A stretch of 63,063 bases of DNA from Octopus bimaculoides (taxonomy: Eukaryota): assembly GCF_001194135.2 (NCBI RefSeq), contig NC_068990.1, positions 91,708,899 through 91,771,961 on the forward strand, given 5' to 3'. This document shows, in pieces, positions 51,233-63,063 of the stretch (position 1 is the stretch's first letter; every line of letters starts with the position of its first letter). The translations under genes were made by a program, and so were the position numbers. The notes under the pieces are model-generated. The model was given only the letters and a program-made list of their open reading frames with translations, was not told where the DNA came from and did not search any database.

Positions 51233-51286
51233 GCCTGTCAGACTTTTTAACCCCAAATTCCATCCATTACTGCAATTGTTATTATT

Positions 51287-51560
51287 AAGGTGGCGAGCTG
51301 GCAGAAACGTTAGCACGCCGGGAGAAATGCTTAGCGGTATTTCGTCTGCCACTGCGTTCTGAGTTCAAATTCCGCCGAGGTCGACTTTGCCTTTCATCCT
51401 TTCGGGGTCGATAAATTAAGTACCAGTTACGCACTGGGTCGATAAAATCGACTTAATCCGTTTGTCTGTCCTTGTATGTCCCCTCTGTGTGTAGCCCCTT
51501 GTGAGCAGTAAAGAAATAGGTATTTCGTCTGTCTTTACGTTCTGAGTTCAAATTCCACCG
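51287..51560 (+). mobile_element. SINE family A full copy plus a head-less second copy fused to its tail
   Basis: Tail ...CAGTAAAGAAATA (ends 51518) is joined to GGTATTTCGTCTG...AAATTCCACCG. Confidence 0.9.
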
Positions 51561-52454
51561 NNNNNNNNNNNNNNNNNNNNNNNNNNNNNNNNNNNNNNNN
51601 NNNNNNNNNNNNNNNNNNNNNNNNNNNNNNNNNNNNNNNNNNNNNNNNNNNNNNNNNNNNNNNNNNNNNNNNNNNNNNNNNNNNNNNNNNNNNNNNNNNN
51701 NNNNNNNNNNNNNNNNNNNNNNNNNNNNNNNNNNNNNNNNNNNNNNNNNNNNNNNNNNNNNNNNNNNNNNNNNNNNNNNNNNNNNNNNNNNNNNNNNNNN
51801 NNNNNNNNNNNNNNNNNNNNNNNNNNNNNNNNNNNNNNNNNNNNNNNNNNNNNNNNNNNNNNNNNNNNNNNNNNNNNNNNNNNNNNNNNNNNNNNNNNNN
51901 NNNNNNNNNNNNNNNNNNNNNNNNNNNNNNNNNNNNNNNNNNNNNNNNNNNNNNNNNNNNNNNNNNNNNNNNNNNNNNNNNNNNNNNNNNNNNNNNNNNN
52001 NNNNNNNNNNNNNNNNNNNNNNNNNNNNNNNNNNNNNNNNNNNNNNNNNNNNNNNNNNNNNNNNNNNNNNNNNNNNNNNNNNNNNNNNNNNNNNNNNNNN
52101 NNNNNNNNNNNNNNNNNNNNNNNNNNNNNNNNNNNNNNNNNNNNNNNNNNNNNNNNNNNNNNNNNNNNNNNNNNNNNNNNNNNNNNNNNNNNNNNNNNNN
52201 NNNNNNNNNNNNNNNNNNNNNNNNNNNNNNNNNNNNNNNNNNNNNNNNNNNNNNNNNNNNNNNNNNNNNNNNNNNNNNNNNNNNNNNNNNNNNNNNNNNN
52301 NNNNNNNNNNNNNNNNNNNNNNNNNNNNNNNATGGTTGTTTCACAAATATGAAGTAAAATTCCATTTTATATTCTTAAATTTTAATCTGAAAATTGAGTT
52401 TGCTTTATTTTTGTTATTATTTGTTTTAAATGCTTTTGCACTGTTCTGGTGCTC

Positions 52455-52489
<35 letters not shown>

Positions 52490-53676
52490 GCTGCCGCTGT
52501 TGTTCTTACAGTTGTTAATTACTGATGGAGAAATATTAAATGAGATTTTACTGAACACACACGCATACACATACGCACATCACACAGACATACACACACA
52601 CACACACATACGCACGTCACACAGACACGCCCCCCCACACACACACACACACGCACACACACACACGCTTAGGGTTTGATCCTTTTAACAGACGGATCAA
52701 ATATTTCCTCTTTTATTGTGGTCGGTTGATGTCCACCTTGAAGAGGTTGACAATACAATAACAATCATCATCATCATCATCATCATCATCATTGTCGTCG
52801 TCATCATCATCAACATTATCATCATCATCATCATCACCACCAGCTCCACCATTGCCACCATCATTAACATCACCTTCATTATCACCATCATCATCACCAT
52901 CAGAGCAATCATCATCATCACCCCACCACCACCACCACCACCACCATCATCNNNNNNNNNNNNNNNNNNNNNNNNNNNNNNNNNNNNNNNNNNNNNNNNN
53001 NNNNNNNNNNNNNNNNNNNNNNNNNNNNNNNNNNNNNNNNNNNNNNNNNNNNNNNNNNNNNNNNNNNNNNNNNNNNNNNNNNNNNNNNNNNNNNNNNNNN
53101 NNNNNNNNNNNNNNNNNNNNNNNNNNNNNNNNNNNNNNNNNNNNNNNNNNNNNNNNNNNNNNNNNNNNNNNNNNNNNNNNNNNNNNNNNNNNNNNNNNNN
53201 NNNNNNNNNNNNNNNNNNNNNNNNNNNNNNNNNNNNNNNNNNNNNNNNNNNNNNNNNNNNNNNNNNNNNNNNNNNNNNNNNNNNNNNNNNNNNNNNNNNN
53301 NNNNNNNNNNNNNNNNNNNNNNNNNNNNNNNNNNNNNNNNNNNNNNNNNNNNNNNNNNNNNNNNNNNNNNNNNNNNNNNNNNNNNNNNNNNNNNNNNNNN
53401 NNNNNNNNNNNNNNNNNNNNNNNNNNNNNNNNNNNNNNNNNNNNNNNNNNNNNNNNNNNNNNNNNNNNNNNNNNNNNNNNNNNNNNNNNNNNNNNNNNNN
53501 NNNNNNNNNNNNNNNNNNNNNNNNNNNNNNNNNNNNNNNNNNNNNNNNNNNNNNNNNNNNNNNNNNNNNNNNNNNNNNNNNNNNNNNNNNNNNNNNNNNN
53601 NNNNNNNNNNNNNNNNNNNNNNNNNNNNNNNNNNNNNNNNNNNNNNNNNNNNNNNNNNNNNNNNNNNNNNNNNNNN

Positions 53677-53720
<44 letters not shown>

Positions 53721-54426
53721 TTGGTTAAGAACATCGTATGTGAACATGTATGTATAATTATGAGTAGGAGTGTAAGTAAACTAGCAGTGGGATCTGTGTG
53801 TATATAAATTAATTATTACAATATATGTGTGCTTGTGTAAGAATATTTGCGTGCGTAAATGATGTAATTAATTCTTTTGTTGAACGAATTTATTTCGGTT
53901 GTCAGATTCAATACAAAAATTTCATGTTCAAACAACACATTTACTGGTCGAGCAACAAGTAACATCTGCGACGGCCTCAGGATATTTGATTGCTAATGTC
54001 GGCCATCTCGCCACTTTATTTATAGAAGGAGGCACAGCGAGATAAAATCTTGTGCTGATAAACCGAATTGCCGAGCTAAAACCTCGCTAATTATGTTTTC
54101 AAATCTTTTCAACTCTTCCTTCATCCATTTTGCTCTCTTTTTTCTGTATTTCTATTGAATGAATATGATTATTAGAAATCGCCTACTTCAGAACGCTGAG
54201 TTTATTTATCGGCCTCGTTGGAAAAGCAATCAGCATATTGCATTTTGCGGAATTCTGATGAGTAAATTCCGCCATGCGCTAGAAAAGAAAATTTGCACGG
54301 TCCATGGGAATAAATCAACAATTGCTGACATGGTGGTAACATGACGCAAGATTGGTTATAATGGAAATTGACGAAACGATTGTCAACATCGTGGTAAAAG
54401 AAATATACTAATTCCATTGTTTGATA

Positions 54427-54427
54427 T

Positions 54428-54488
<61 letters not shown>

Positions 54489-54531
54489 GGATGGATGGAT
54501 GGATGGATGGATGGATGGATGGATGGATGGA

Positions 54532-54562
<31 letters not shown>

Positions 54563-54575
54563 ATTGATTGATTGA
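54427..54575. repeat. Compound tetranucleotide microsatellite (AGAT)n(GGAT)n(TGAT)n
   Basis: Read directly from the sequence. Confidence 0.95.
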
Positions 54576-54756
54576 TGCAATAAAATACAAGAATAACTAT
54601 GCGTGAGTGGAGGAAGTTACAAATGTTGCGTCGCAGGAGGATCTAACATCTTACCAAGAAACTCAACGATCATCAGGAACAACCAATTACTAGAAACATC
54701 AGTCATTTACGGATGTTAGCCTGTATCTATAGAAAGCCAGTATATTACTCTGTATA

Positions 54757-55094
54757 GTGGAGGCGCAATGGCTCAGTGGTTAGGGCAGCGGACTCGCGGT
54801 CGTGGGATCGCGGTTTCGATTCCAAGACCAGGCGTTGTGAGTGATTATTGAGTGAAGACACCTAAAGCTCCACGAGGCTCCAGCAGGGGATGGTGCCGAA
54901 CCCTGCTGTACTCTTTCACCACAACTTTCTCTCATTCTTTCTTCCTGTTTCTGTTGTGCCTGTAATTCAAAAGGTCAGCCTTGTCACACTCTGTGTCATG
55001 CTGAATCTCCCTGAGAACTACGTTAAGGGTACACGTGTCTGTTCCGCTGATCGGGTCAACTGGAACCCTCGTCGTCGTAACCGACGGAGTGCCA
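54757..55094 (+). mobile_element. tRNA-derived SINE family D
   Basis: Head TGGCTCAGTGGTTAGGGC (A box), GGTTTCGATTCC (B box); tail CCCTCGTCGTCGTAACCGACGGAGTGCCA is shared with 62800-62985. Confidence 0.9.
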
Positions 55095-55661
55095 CGATTA
55101 GTCTGTATCTACTGAGAGCCCCAAGGCATTTTAACGGATCACAGCCGCATATCAACAGATTAGCTGTTACATCTTCTCGATGTAACAGCTAAATCTTCCT
55201 CAAATTACATGCTTTCGTTTGGGCGGAGAAACCAAAGTGGCATTTAATTAAATGTGACGAATATTAATTAATTATACAGAAAAATGTAATTACATTTATA
55301 ATGAAATGTAATTTATGCATATTATAATAGTAAATATATATGTGTAAACTAACTTTTTAATGAGTTTAAAACATTTAAGAAAATTAAAATTTAATACTAT
55401 GTCATCAATCAAATATGCTTTAATGTGAAATCCAGTTTTTTTCAATAAAGTTGCTCATGTTTATATTTATTATTGTTTATGGCGAATGGGGTTCAATGGC
55501 GTGGCTGGTTATGAACTCCCAGAGAATCAGTCGTTGGTTCATTGCAGTTTGAACGATGAGACAAACGAGTGAGTAACAACGGTTTCATTTTTTTTCGCTG
55601 ATGAATATCAGCAAAAGACATACAAAAACACAAATGCGTTACATACATACATACATACATA

Positions 55662-55971
55662 CCTGATATAATGATTTGGGATAGAGAAGAGAAACTGTGC
55701 ACTGTTGTGGAAATTTGCAGAAGATCAGCGAAAAAGAGAACACCTACGCTGAACTATTGAGAAATCTGCAGTTACTCTATCCAGATTACAAGTTCAGGTT
55801 TATACCTGTAATTATTGGGGCCCTGGAATATGTAACACACTGCCTAATACCAATATTGAGAAACTAGGCTTCTCAAAACCAGAAAGGGGGAAGCTAATTC
55901 GAAGACCACAGATCCAATCCATCACTGGAACTGTAATAATCTGTAAAACTTTCTAGAAGTTTATCATTTAA
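55662..55971 (+). pseudogene. 5'-truncated RLE-type (R4-clade) LINE: PD-(D/E) endonuclease end
   Basis: PDIMIWDREEKLCTVVEI / ENTYAELLRNLQLLYPDYKFRFIPVIIGAL / IQSITGTVIICKTF; a putative 3' UTR continues to about 56170. Confidence 0.8.
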
Positions 55972-56824
55972 ATATATATGAGTATGTCTAGATATGTAAC
56001 TATATGCATACACAAAGCAAAATATACAATTCTGCACATACATACATACATACATACAAAAATACCCTGATGTTGATGTTGAAATTCCAACGAAGGAGCC
56101 TTGGATCTAGGTTAGAAACCGGTTCTTTCTCTGTTGGTAAGAAATCTTGAAATAAAACTGAATGATGACATATATACACTGCTGTAGAGATCAGGTGCCC
56201 AAGCAACGTGACTGTCTCGTCAAAAACCGACAAAAAGAAGAATATCTATAGAAAGCTAATTAGAAACTAACAACTCTTATACCGAGACTATTGATTTTAA
56301 TGTACCTACCATCATAGTTTCACCCGGCTATAAAAGAACAGATTTCCACAAAAGACCAAAAAATGCCTGAGTTCATAACAAAGAACAAAGCAGACCGATT
56401 CACATTCGCCAATTCTGCAAATAGATTCGATGAGTGGTGCAATGAAAAACTTGTAAAACACTCCAAGGATTGTCCATTTGAGGTTCTTGGGCTGATCAAG
56501 TACACACAATCGCATATAGATATGGAATACGCACATACAGATACACACACGCACGCACACTATCCGTGTGCACGTTTATACGCACACACACATATATGCA
56601 CACATTAACCATTTCAGACGTCGAAATACCCCAAGGCTGGCTTATCTTAACAGAACCTTATCAGTTTCTTGCTGACCGGCAAAAATATAAGAATAGAGAT
56701 ATATTCTTGAGAAACATACTACATGCAAAAAACACGCTTAAGATATCAACTAGGATACAACTGGGAGATAATAGTTTACTCAAAGTAGTCGCCCTTAGCT
56801 TCCATTACGATCTCAAGAGGGCTC

Positions 56825-57200
56825 TGTAACGTGGTGCATGCATTCTTCACTATGTCCCTAGGAAGATTTTCGAGCCCCTTCATCTTGACCACCAGCTCGG
56901 CCTTAGTGTAAAGGCTGCGCAGTTGGTGTCTTTATCAGCAGTATCCCATACATGGTAATAATCTATGGGGTTACAATCTACGGAATTAGGAGGACCGAAA
57001 TTAGGGGTTGGTAGAAAACACTAACTCACAACCATGCGCCACCGATTGCGCCTATTCTTGTCCGAAGCAATAGCTCACCGCACGGAGTTGCCCAAGGAAC
57101 ATTAAGGATGACCAAAGTGTGTAGGGCTGTCTTTGACCATCGACCTATTTCATCACTGATAACTTGATTGCGAAACACCAATGCTTCCATGTTTTATTCA
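56825..57200 (-). pseudogene. Tc1/mariner transposase relic
   Basis: PNFGPPNSVDCNPIDYY.VW (WPPNSPD.NP.DY.VW motif) followed by KAELVVK..LPRDIVKNAC. Confidence 0.75.
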
Positions 57201-57221
57201 AGTGCGGGGAGGGCATTAAGC

Positions 57222-57482
57222 ATACCAACACCGGTTGTCAAGCAGTGAGTGGGGAATGACACAAAGACACACACATACCTATACATGTGTGTGTGTGCGT
57301 GTGTGCGCGTGTGTGCGTGTGTGTGTGCAACGGGCTTCCACAGTTTTGGTCTACTAAATCCATTCAAAGGGCAGTGATTGGCTCGGAGCTAAAGTAGAAA
57401 ACACTTACCCAAGATGCCGCGCAGTGGGGTTGAACCGGAAACCACGTGACTGCAACGCAAGCTTCTTAAACAAACAGCCATG
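57222..57482 (-). mobile_element. Composite SINE (C end + (CA/TG)n + B), diverged
   Basis: CACCGGTTGTCAAGC...microsatellite...ACGGGCTTCCACAG...GGTTGAACCGGAAACC...AAACAGCC. Confidence 0.75.
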
Positions 57483-57538
57483 AAGATTATTGAGCAATCA
57501 TCTGAATATTTACGCACTAAATAAATCAAAAGATAATA

Positions 57539-57573
<35 letters not shown>

Positions 57574-58165
57574 AGCACAATTTCATTCAGGTAACATATA
57601 TACAACACATGATACACTAATGTATGATGCACACTCACACACACACATACACACACACACGCACATACAGACACATGCAAACACACACACACACACTAGA
57701 CACACACGAGCACATGACATACACACAGATGCACACACACACGACACACATACGCACAAACATACACACACATACACACACATACACACACACAAGACGC
57801 ACACACACAAGACACACACAAGACACACACTACATACACGCACACACACACACACACCACACGCACACACACACACACACCACACACACACACACACACA
57901 CACGTGACACAAGCCCATGTAAAACTCGACATATTCTTCCTTCTCGCTAACAAACCTCTTTGTATTTCAGCTTTAATTACGTTTAACTAAAATATGTGAA
58001 GTTGATATCATCGCCATCTTGAGATTCCGTAACACAAGTCTTCTCTGAAACACACTTCACTTAACTCTGACGTGTGTGGTGTGTGTGTGTGTGTGTGAAT
58101 GAGTGTGCGTGTGTGTACGCTTTATATGTACGTGTGCATGTGTATAAATATACATATATAGATGA

Positions 58166-58209
<44 letters not shown>

Positions 58210-58542
58210 ATATGCATACAACGTATATTTGTGTGTAAACATATGTATATATATATATATATACACACATATACATACATACACATATATGTACATAAAT
58301 GAGTGTGTGTGTATCAAGAGTGTGTGCGAGCTTATATATGGGTGCTTCTGTGTATGCGAGTATCATAAATGTGTGTGTATCAGCGTGCGTGTGTGTATGT
58401 GTGCATGTGCGTGTGTGTACGTGTGTGTGTGTGAGTTTCGTGAATGTGTGCATGTAAGAGAGAGAGGACGTGTTCATGTGTATGGTGCGTGCGTGTGTGT
58501 GTGCGTCTGTGTGTGTGTGCGTCTGTGTGTGTGTGTGTGCGT

Positions 58543-58660
<118 letters not shown>

Positions 58661-58957
58661 GTCAGTTGCCATGAATGAACAGGAAGGTATTCCAGGAATG
58701 TAGATGGAGATTATAATAGTGCAGAACGAAAGTAGTTTGTTGAAACTGCTCGGTTTATTTTTAGTTCTATTTACATTCTTACCTCACCTTCATCTTACCT
58801 ACTCATCCATCGCCCTTGTGGCAAATAATGCTAATATATTGTTGTTGTTATCGTTGCTATTATTATTATTATCATTATTATTATTATTCCTTCGTAACAC
58901 AGTGTAAGTAAAAATGCACCGGAGTCTTTAGTCGTCTGTCAAGTCACAACAAAGACC

Positions 58958-59177
58958 TCAGACAGATAATACTTTTCTTAAGATGTGCGTTGTTCCCAAT
59001 AAGGCTGCTTTTTGCAAGACATCAATCTTGCATGGGATTTCCAGTTGCCTTAAGAAATCTTGAAGCTTCAATGAGATTGAGCCCAACGCTCCGATCACCA
59101 CTGGTATCACTTTTACATTACCCTCTCGCATTCCATACAGTCTTGCCATTTCCACTGGAGGCTCCGGTCCATATTAG
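58958..59177 (-). pseudogene. R4/Dong-clade LINE 3' end (RLE C-terminus)
   Basis: EMARLYG...VIPVVIGALGSI...LQKAALLGTTHILRKVLSV*; a short 3' UTR then an (AAT)n tract at about 58858-58888. Confidence 0.85.
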
Positions 59178-59178
59178 C

Positions 59179-59640
59179 CTGCCAGACCTTCATAAAATAG
59201 GAGCTGGTGCCAGCTGATGACCTGAGACTGCGAATCGTTGTGGAGGGGAGACCTCCGGTATGCTACGCATGTGGAATAAGGGGACACATGAAAGTAAAGT
59301 GTCCCCAGAAATGCGAACAGGAGGAGGCGAAGAAGGAGAGTCGGGAAGAAGAGATTGCAACTGCAGAGGAGGAAATGGAGGAGTATACAGTGGTAGAAAG
59401 AAAGAGAAAGAACGTGGAATCTCCATCTAAAAAGAAAACAAAGTCGGGGGGAAATAAGAATGAAAAAAGGAAAAATGAGGAACTAACGGAAGAACGAACG
59501 CAAAAACCGGAGCCTGCAACTAGTAAGGAAGAGGAAAGACGGAAGAAGTGACTTGAAAGTGAGAAGAGAGAACAAACAGAGACGAAAATATTAGCAACAG
59601 CGGTAGAGAGTGAGGTACTACGGCCGAGAAGACAACCGAA
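59179..59640 (+). pseudogene. Tx1/L1-like ORF1 (Gag-like) fragment with CCHC zinc knuckle
   Basis: LRLRIVVEGRPPVCYACGIRGHMKVKCP is a CX2CX4HX4C knuckle followed by an E/K-rich tail; open 59207-59551, no true ATG. Confidence 0.75.
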
Positions 59641-59730
59641 GGGGAAACACGAAAGAGTGATGGTTTGTTATGGAAAGAGCGCGGAAATGTATGTATGTAT
59701 GTATGTATGTATGTATGTATGTATATTATT

Positions 59731-59927
59731 GTTGCTATTATGCAAAAGTGTCACAAGTCCAAAACGTTGCTTTTTCAGAAAACGAAAAATAGTTTCACCA
59801 TTCCATAGTAAAACCGTTGCACTACACTTTGACAATTTTTGATATTTTAGCATCTGAAGCAGCTGGAGATACGATAGTTTGATCAATAGAACCAGCTATT
59901 GCAAGCAAAAATAAATATTGAAAAAAA

Positions 59928-59932
<5 letters not shown>
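59731..59932 (+). repeat. Unclassified dispersed repeat, copy 2
   Basis: Highly similar to 45644-45846. Confidence 0.85.
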
Positions 59933-59969
<37 letters not shown>

Positions 59970-60466
59970 AAAACACGTATATGCACACCTACATATGTAC
60001 TTTATTGCTACCAGCCTATCTCTGACCTTCAGCTGAGAGGCCGTTAGGAAGGATTGTCGAGAACAGTGACTCCACTTATATCAGAACAACACTTGTTTTG
60101 GGAGGGTTTTAAAGCTTAATACGACTCAATAGATCCCAATTGTAACCACTGTTAACTACAATTGTCTGTGTCATATGATATGGACCCACTTGAAACGGGA
60201 ACAACGGACAATTTCAAATAAACATTTAGATTAAGATTTCAAGAGGCAAAATTTATATGAATTCCAAATGAATGTATAAATATAGAGAAGTGTTGGACGT
60301 GGTTTGTCTTTAATATATTTTGCTGATTACTCATCAATTATTTCTGACAATATGATATATCAATCTTCATCATCATCAGCAGCAGCAGCATTTAACGTCC
60401 ACTCTCTATGCTGGCATGGGTTGAACAAATATATATGTGTGTGTGTGTGTGTGTGTGGATGCATTC

Positions 60467-60507
<41 letters not shown>

Positions 60508-60517
60508 TGATATGTGT

Positions 60518-60611
60518 TTAGGTGTTTTCGCTCGATAAACACTCACAATGCCTGGTCTGGGAATCGAAACCGCGATCCCACGACCGTGAGTCCGCTGCCA
60601 TTGCACCTCCA
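60518..60611 (-). mobile_element. SINE family D head with A-box deleted
   Basis: GGAATCGAAACCGCGATCCCACGACCGTGAGTCCGCTGCC|ATTGCACCTCCAC. Confidence 0.8.
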
Positions 60612-61687
60612 CATTTACCTTACTATTGAGACTGGAAATCGAAACATATCTAACAATANNNNNNNNNNNNNNNNNNNNNNNNNNNNNNNNNNNNNNNNNN
60701 NNNNNNNNNNNNNNNNNNNNNNNNNNNNNNNNNNNNNNNNNNNNNNNNNNNNNNNNNNNNNNNNNNNNNNNNNNNNNNNNNNNNNNNNNNNNNNNNNNNN
60801 NNNNNNNNNNNNNNNNNNNNNNNNNNNNNNNNNNNNNNNNNNNNNNNNNNNNNNNNNNNNNNNNNNNNNNNNNNNNNNNNNNNNNNNNNNNNNNNNNNNN
60901 NNNNNNNNNNNNNNNNNNNNNNNNNNNNNNNNNNNNNNNNNNNNNNNNNNNNNNNNNNNNNNNNNNNNNNNNNNNNNNNNNNNNNNNNNNNNNNNNNNNN
61001 NNNNNNNNNNNNNNNNNNNNNNNNNNNNNNNNNNNNNNNNNNNNNNNNNNNNNNNNNNNNNNNNTGGTGGTGGTGGTGGTAGTAGCGATAGTGATTATGA
61101 TGTTGATGGTGTTTTTGTGATACTGATAGTAGTGTTAAGTATACCATTGATGATGATGATGGTAGTGGAGGCGGTTGTGGTGGAGGTAATAGTAGTGGTG
61201 GTACTGTTGGTTGGGGGGGGGGGTAGTGACGGTGGGAATTTTAGTACTCGTTGTGATAGCGGTCGTGTTTGTGACAGTCTGACAAACACAAGCGCGCGCG
61301 CACACATACGCACACACACAGACAGTCACACACATACATTCACGCATACATGTACACTTCAATATAAACACCCAGACGAACTTTCATCTACACACATAAT
61401 AAAACAAACACACACACACACACAAATATATGCATACCTAGATACACACATACACACACGCACGCACATATATACAAAAAAGTATACATACACGCATACA
61501 TAAATACATTCATAAGCATATATAAGCATACATACATGCATACATATACACACACACTCATACAGCCATACATACACACATAAGGACACAGGCACACATA
61601 CAACCGTATAGACATTTCAACTACACATCCAATGACAGTCGCACATATACCAACATGCACACACACACACACACATACACACTCGTC

Positions 61688-61750
<63 letters not shown>

Positions 61751-62799
61751 GATAGACACACAGATCCAAATATGGTTACAACGATCACAATTGCACAGTA
61801 ATGTCACACGGAGAGCAAAAATATAAAAAAAGTACCAATTGATTTTATATGAAGAGAAAATACATCGCCAAGAATGGCAGACGACAATCAAACGGCAGTC
61901 AAAATTGTGTTTTCTTTTCAATTCAAGCTGGCATTTTCATGTATTAGCAAGGGAAAACTTAAAAAGAATTCAGTCACGACCAAATTAATGATTTTATATA
62001 TATATACACATATATATGTATAAGTAGATTTAATATGTATATGTGTGTGTGTGTGTATTTCTTTGTATATATTATACACATATATATATTTGACTATATT
62101 TAGTTTGCCGCTCTCTTTACGCTTCCATTTTAACGGTATCGTCACGTGACTGTTTTATATTAAACAGTGAACTCATCAAATTTCGTGGTTTTTTCCTTCC
62201 TTTTACAGAAGTATATATTTATACTTTTTAAGCTAATATTTTCTTTGTTATTCTTGCATTGCTTTTTTTCTCCTTTACTTGTAATTCTTCCTTTTCTTTT
62301 CATTTTTGTGCCTTATTTCAGAAGTCATAGAGGTCTGTGAGTGTCTGCAGGTGGGAATATGGAACGTTCGAGACAACTATTGTTATTATTCATAACTGTG
62401 AAATACGCTTTTTTGTTAGAAAATTTGATATATTTTGCACATTTTGCACATAGAGTTCGATTATTAACACGGATAAACTCCAGTACCTTATCACAATGCA
62501 GAAGATCCTGGTGGAACTAACTTGCTTCTACATAAAGAAGCGCCTTAAACTATATTTGAGAGCAACTTATTTAGAATTATGAGCGGTAAAGCATAAATCG
62601 GTAACGGTATTTTGATTTCCATTTTCCTTTTAGCCCTCCTAAGGAAATGGCTCACTCAACCCTTATAGGCCAATTGATTATGTATGATAATTACGTGATT
62701 ATATATATATTTGATGACTCACATTTATGTTCTATTGACAGCTGTAGCGTTCGAATAAATTATGAATCATGTGCCGTTCTACGTTTTCTACAGTGTTCA

Positions 62800-62985
62800 G
62801 TGGAGGCACATTGGCCCAGTGGTTAGGGCAGCGGACTCGCGGTTGTAGGATCGCAGTTTCGATTCCCAGACCCGGCAGTGTGAGTGTTAAGGGAACACGT
62901 GTCTGTGGAGTGCTCAGGTACTTATACGTTAATTTCACGAGCAGGCTCAACTAGAACCCTCGTCATCGTAATCGACGGAGTGCCA
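62800..62985 (+). mobile_element. SINE family D, internally deleted
   Basis: TGGCCCAGTGGTTAGGGCAGCGGACTCGCGG...TTCGATTCCC; lacks the ~190-bp middle of the 54757 copy. Confidence 0.9.
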
Positions 62986-63063
62986 CGAGACATGACATAG
63001 TCTTCTCTGTCTATTTGTCTCTCTTCCTCTCTCACCATATATATATATATATATATATATATA

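Noticed and set aside
54247-54282. Hairpin GCGGAATT/AATTCCGC followed by CTAG (Helitron 3'-end-like)
   Set aside because: Single occurrence, followed by A rather than T, and no matching 5' TC end was identified.
54757-54830. tRNA gene (also 62800-62875 and other SINE heads)
   Set aside because: A and B boxes are present but the acceptor stem does not close, and each head continues into a shared SINE body.

Overview
AT-rich, microsatellite-saturated eukaryotic DNA from a fragmented draft assembly, with about 21 N-gaps totalling roughly 8 kb. The SINE sequences and simple-repeat load look like an octopus (cephalopod) genome; this is inferred from recalled repeat sequences, not from a database search. 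I found no convincing host protein-coding gene. Almost all long ORFs in the track are artefacts of N-runs or microsatellites. The window is a transposon graveyard containing: about 30 tRNA-derived SINE copies in at least 4 families; several decayed R4/Dong-clade LINE pieces covering the RT, CCHC knuckle and restriction-like endonuclease; an RTE endonuclease relic; a Tx1/L1-like ORF1 zinc-knuckle fragment; pogo/Tigger and Tc1/mariner transposase relics; hAT-type MITEs (one with a perfect 8-bp TSD); a 17x21-bp minisatellite; and two fold-back structures. The most interesting signal is five minimal type-I hammerhead-ribozyme-like motifs (Penelope/retrozyme style) in short dispersed repeats. They show compensatory stem II changes, and three copies share a non-canonical core (CUGUUGA). 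A recurrent composite SINE with an internal microsatellite is the second highlight.
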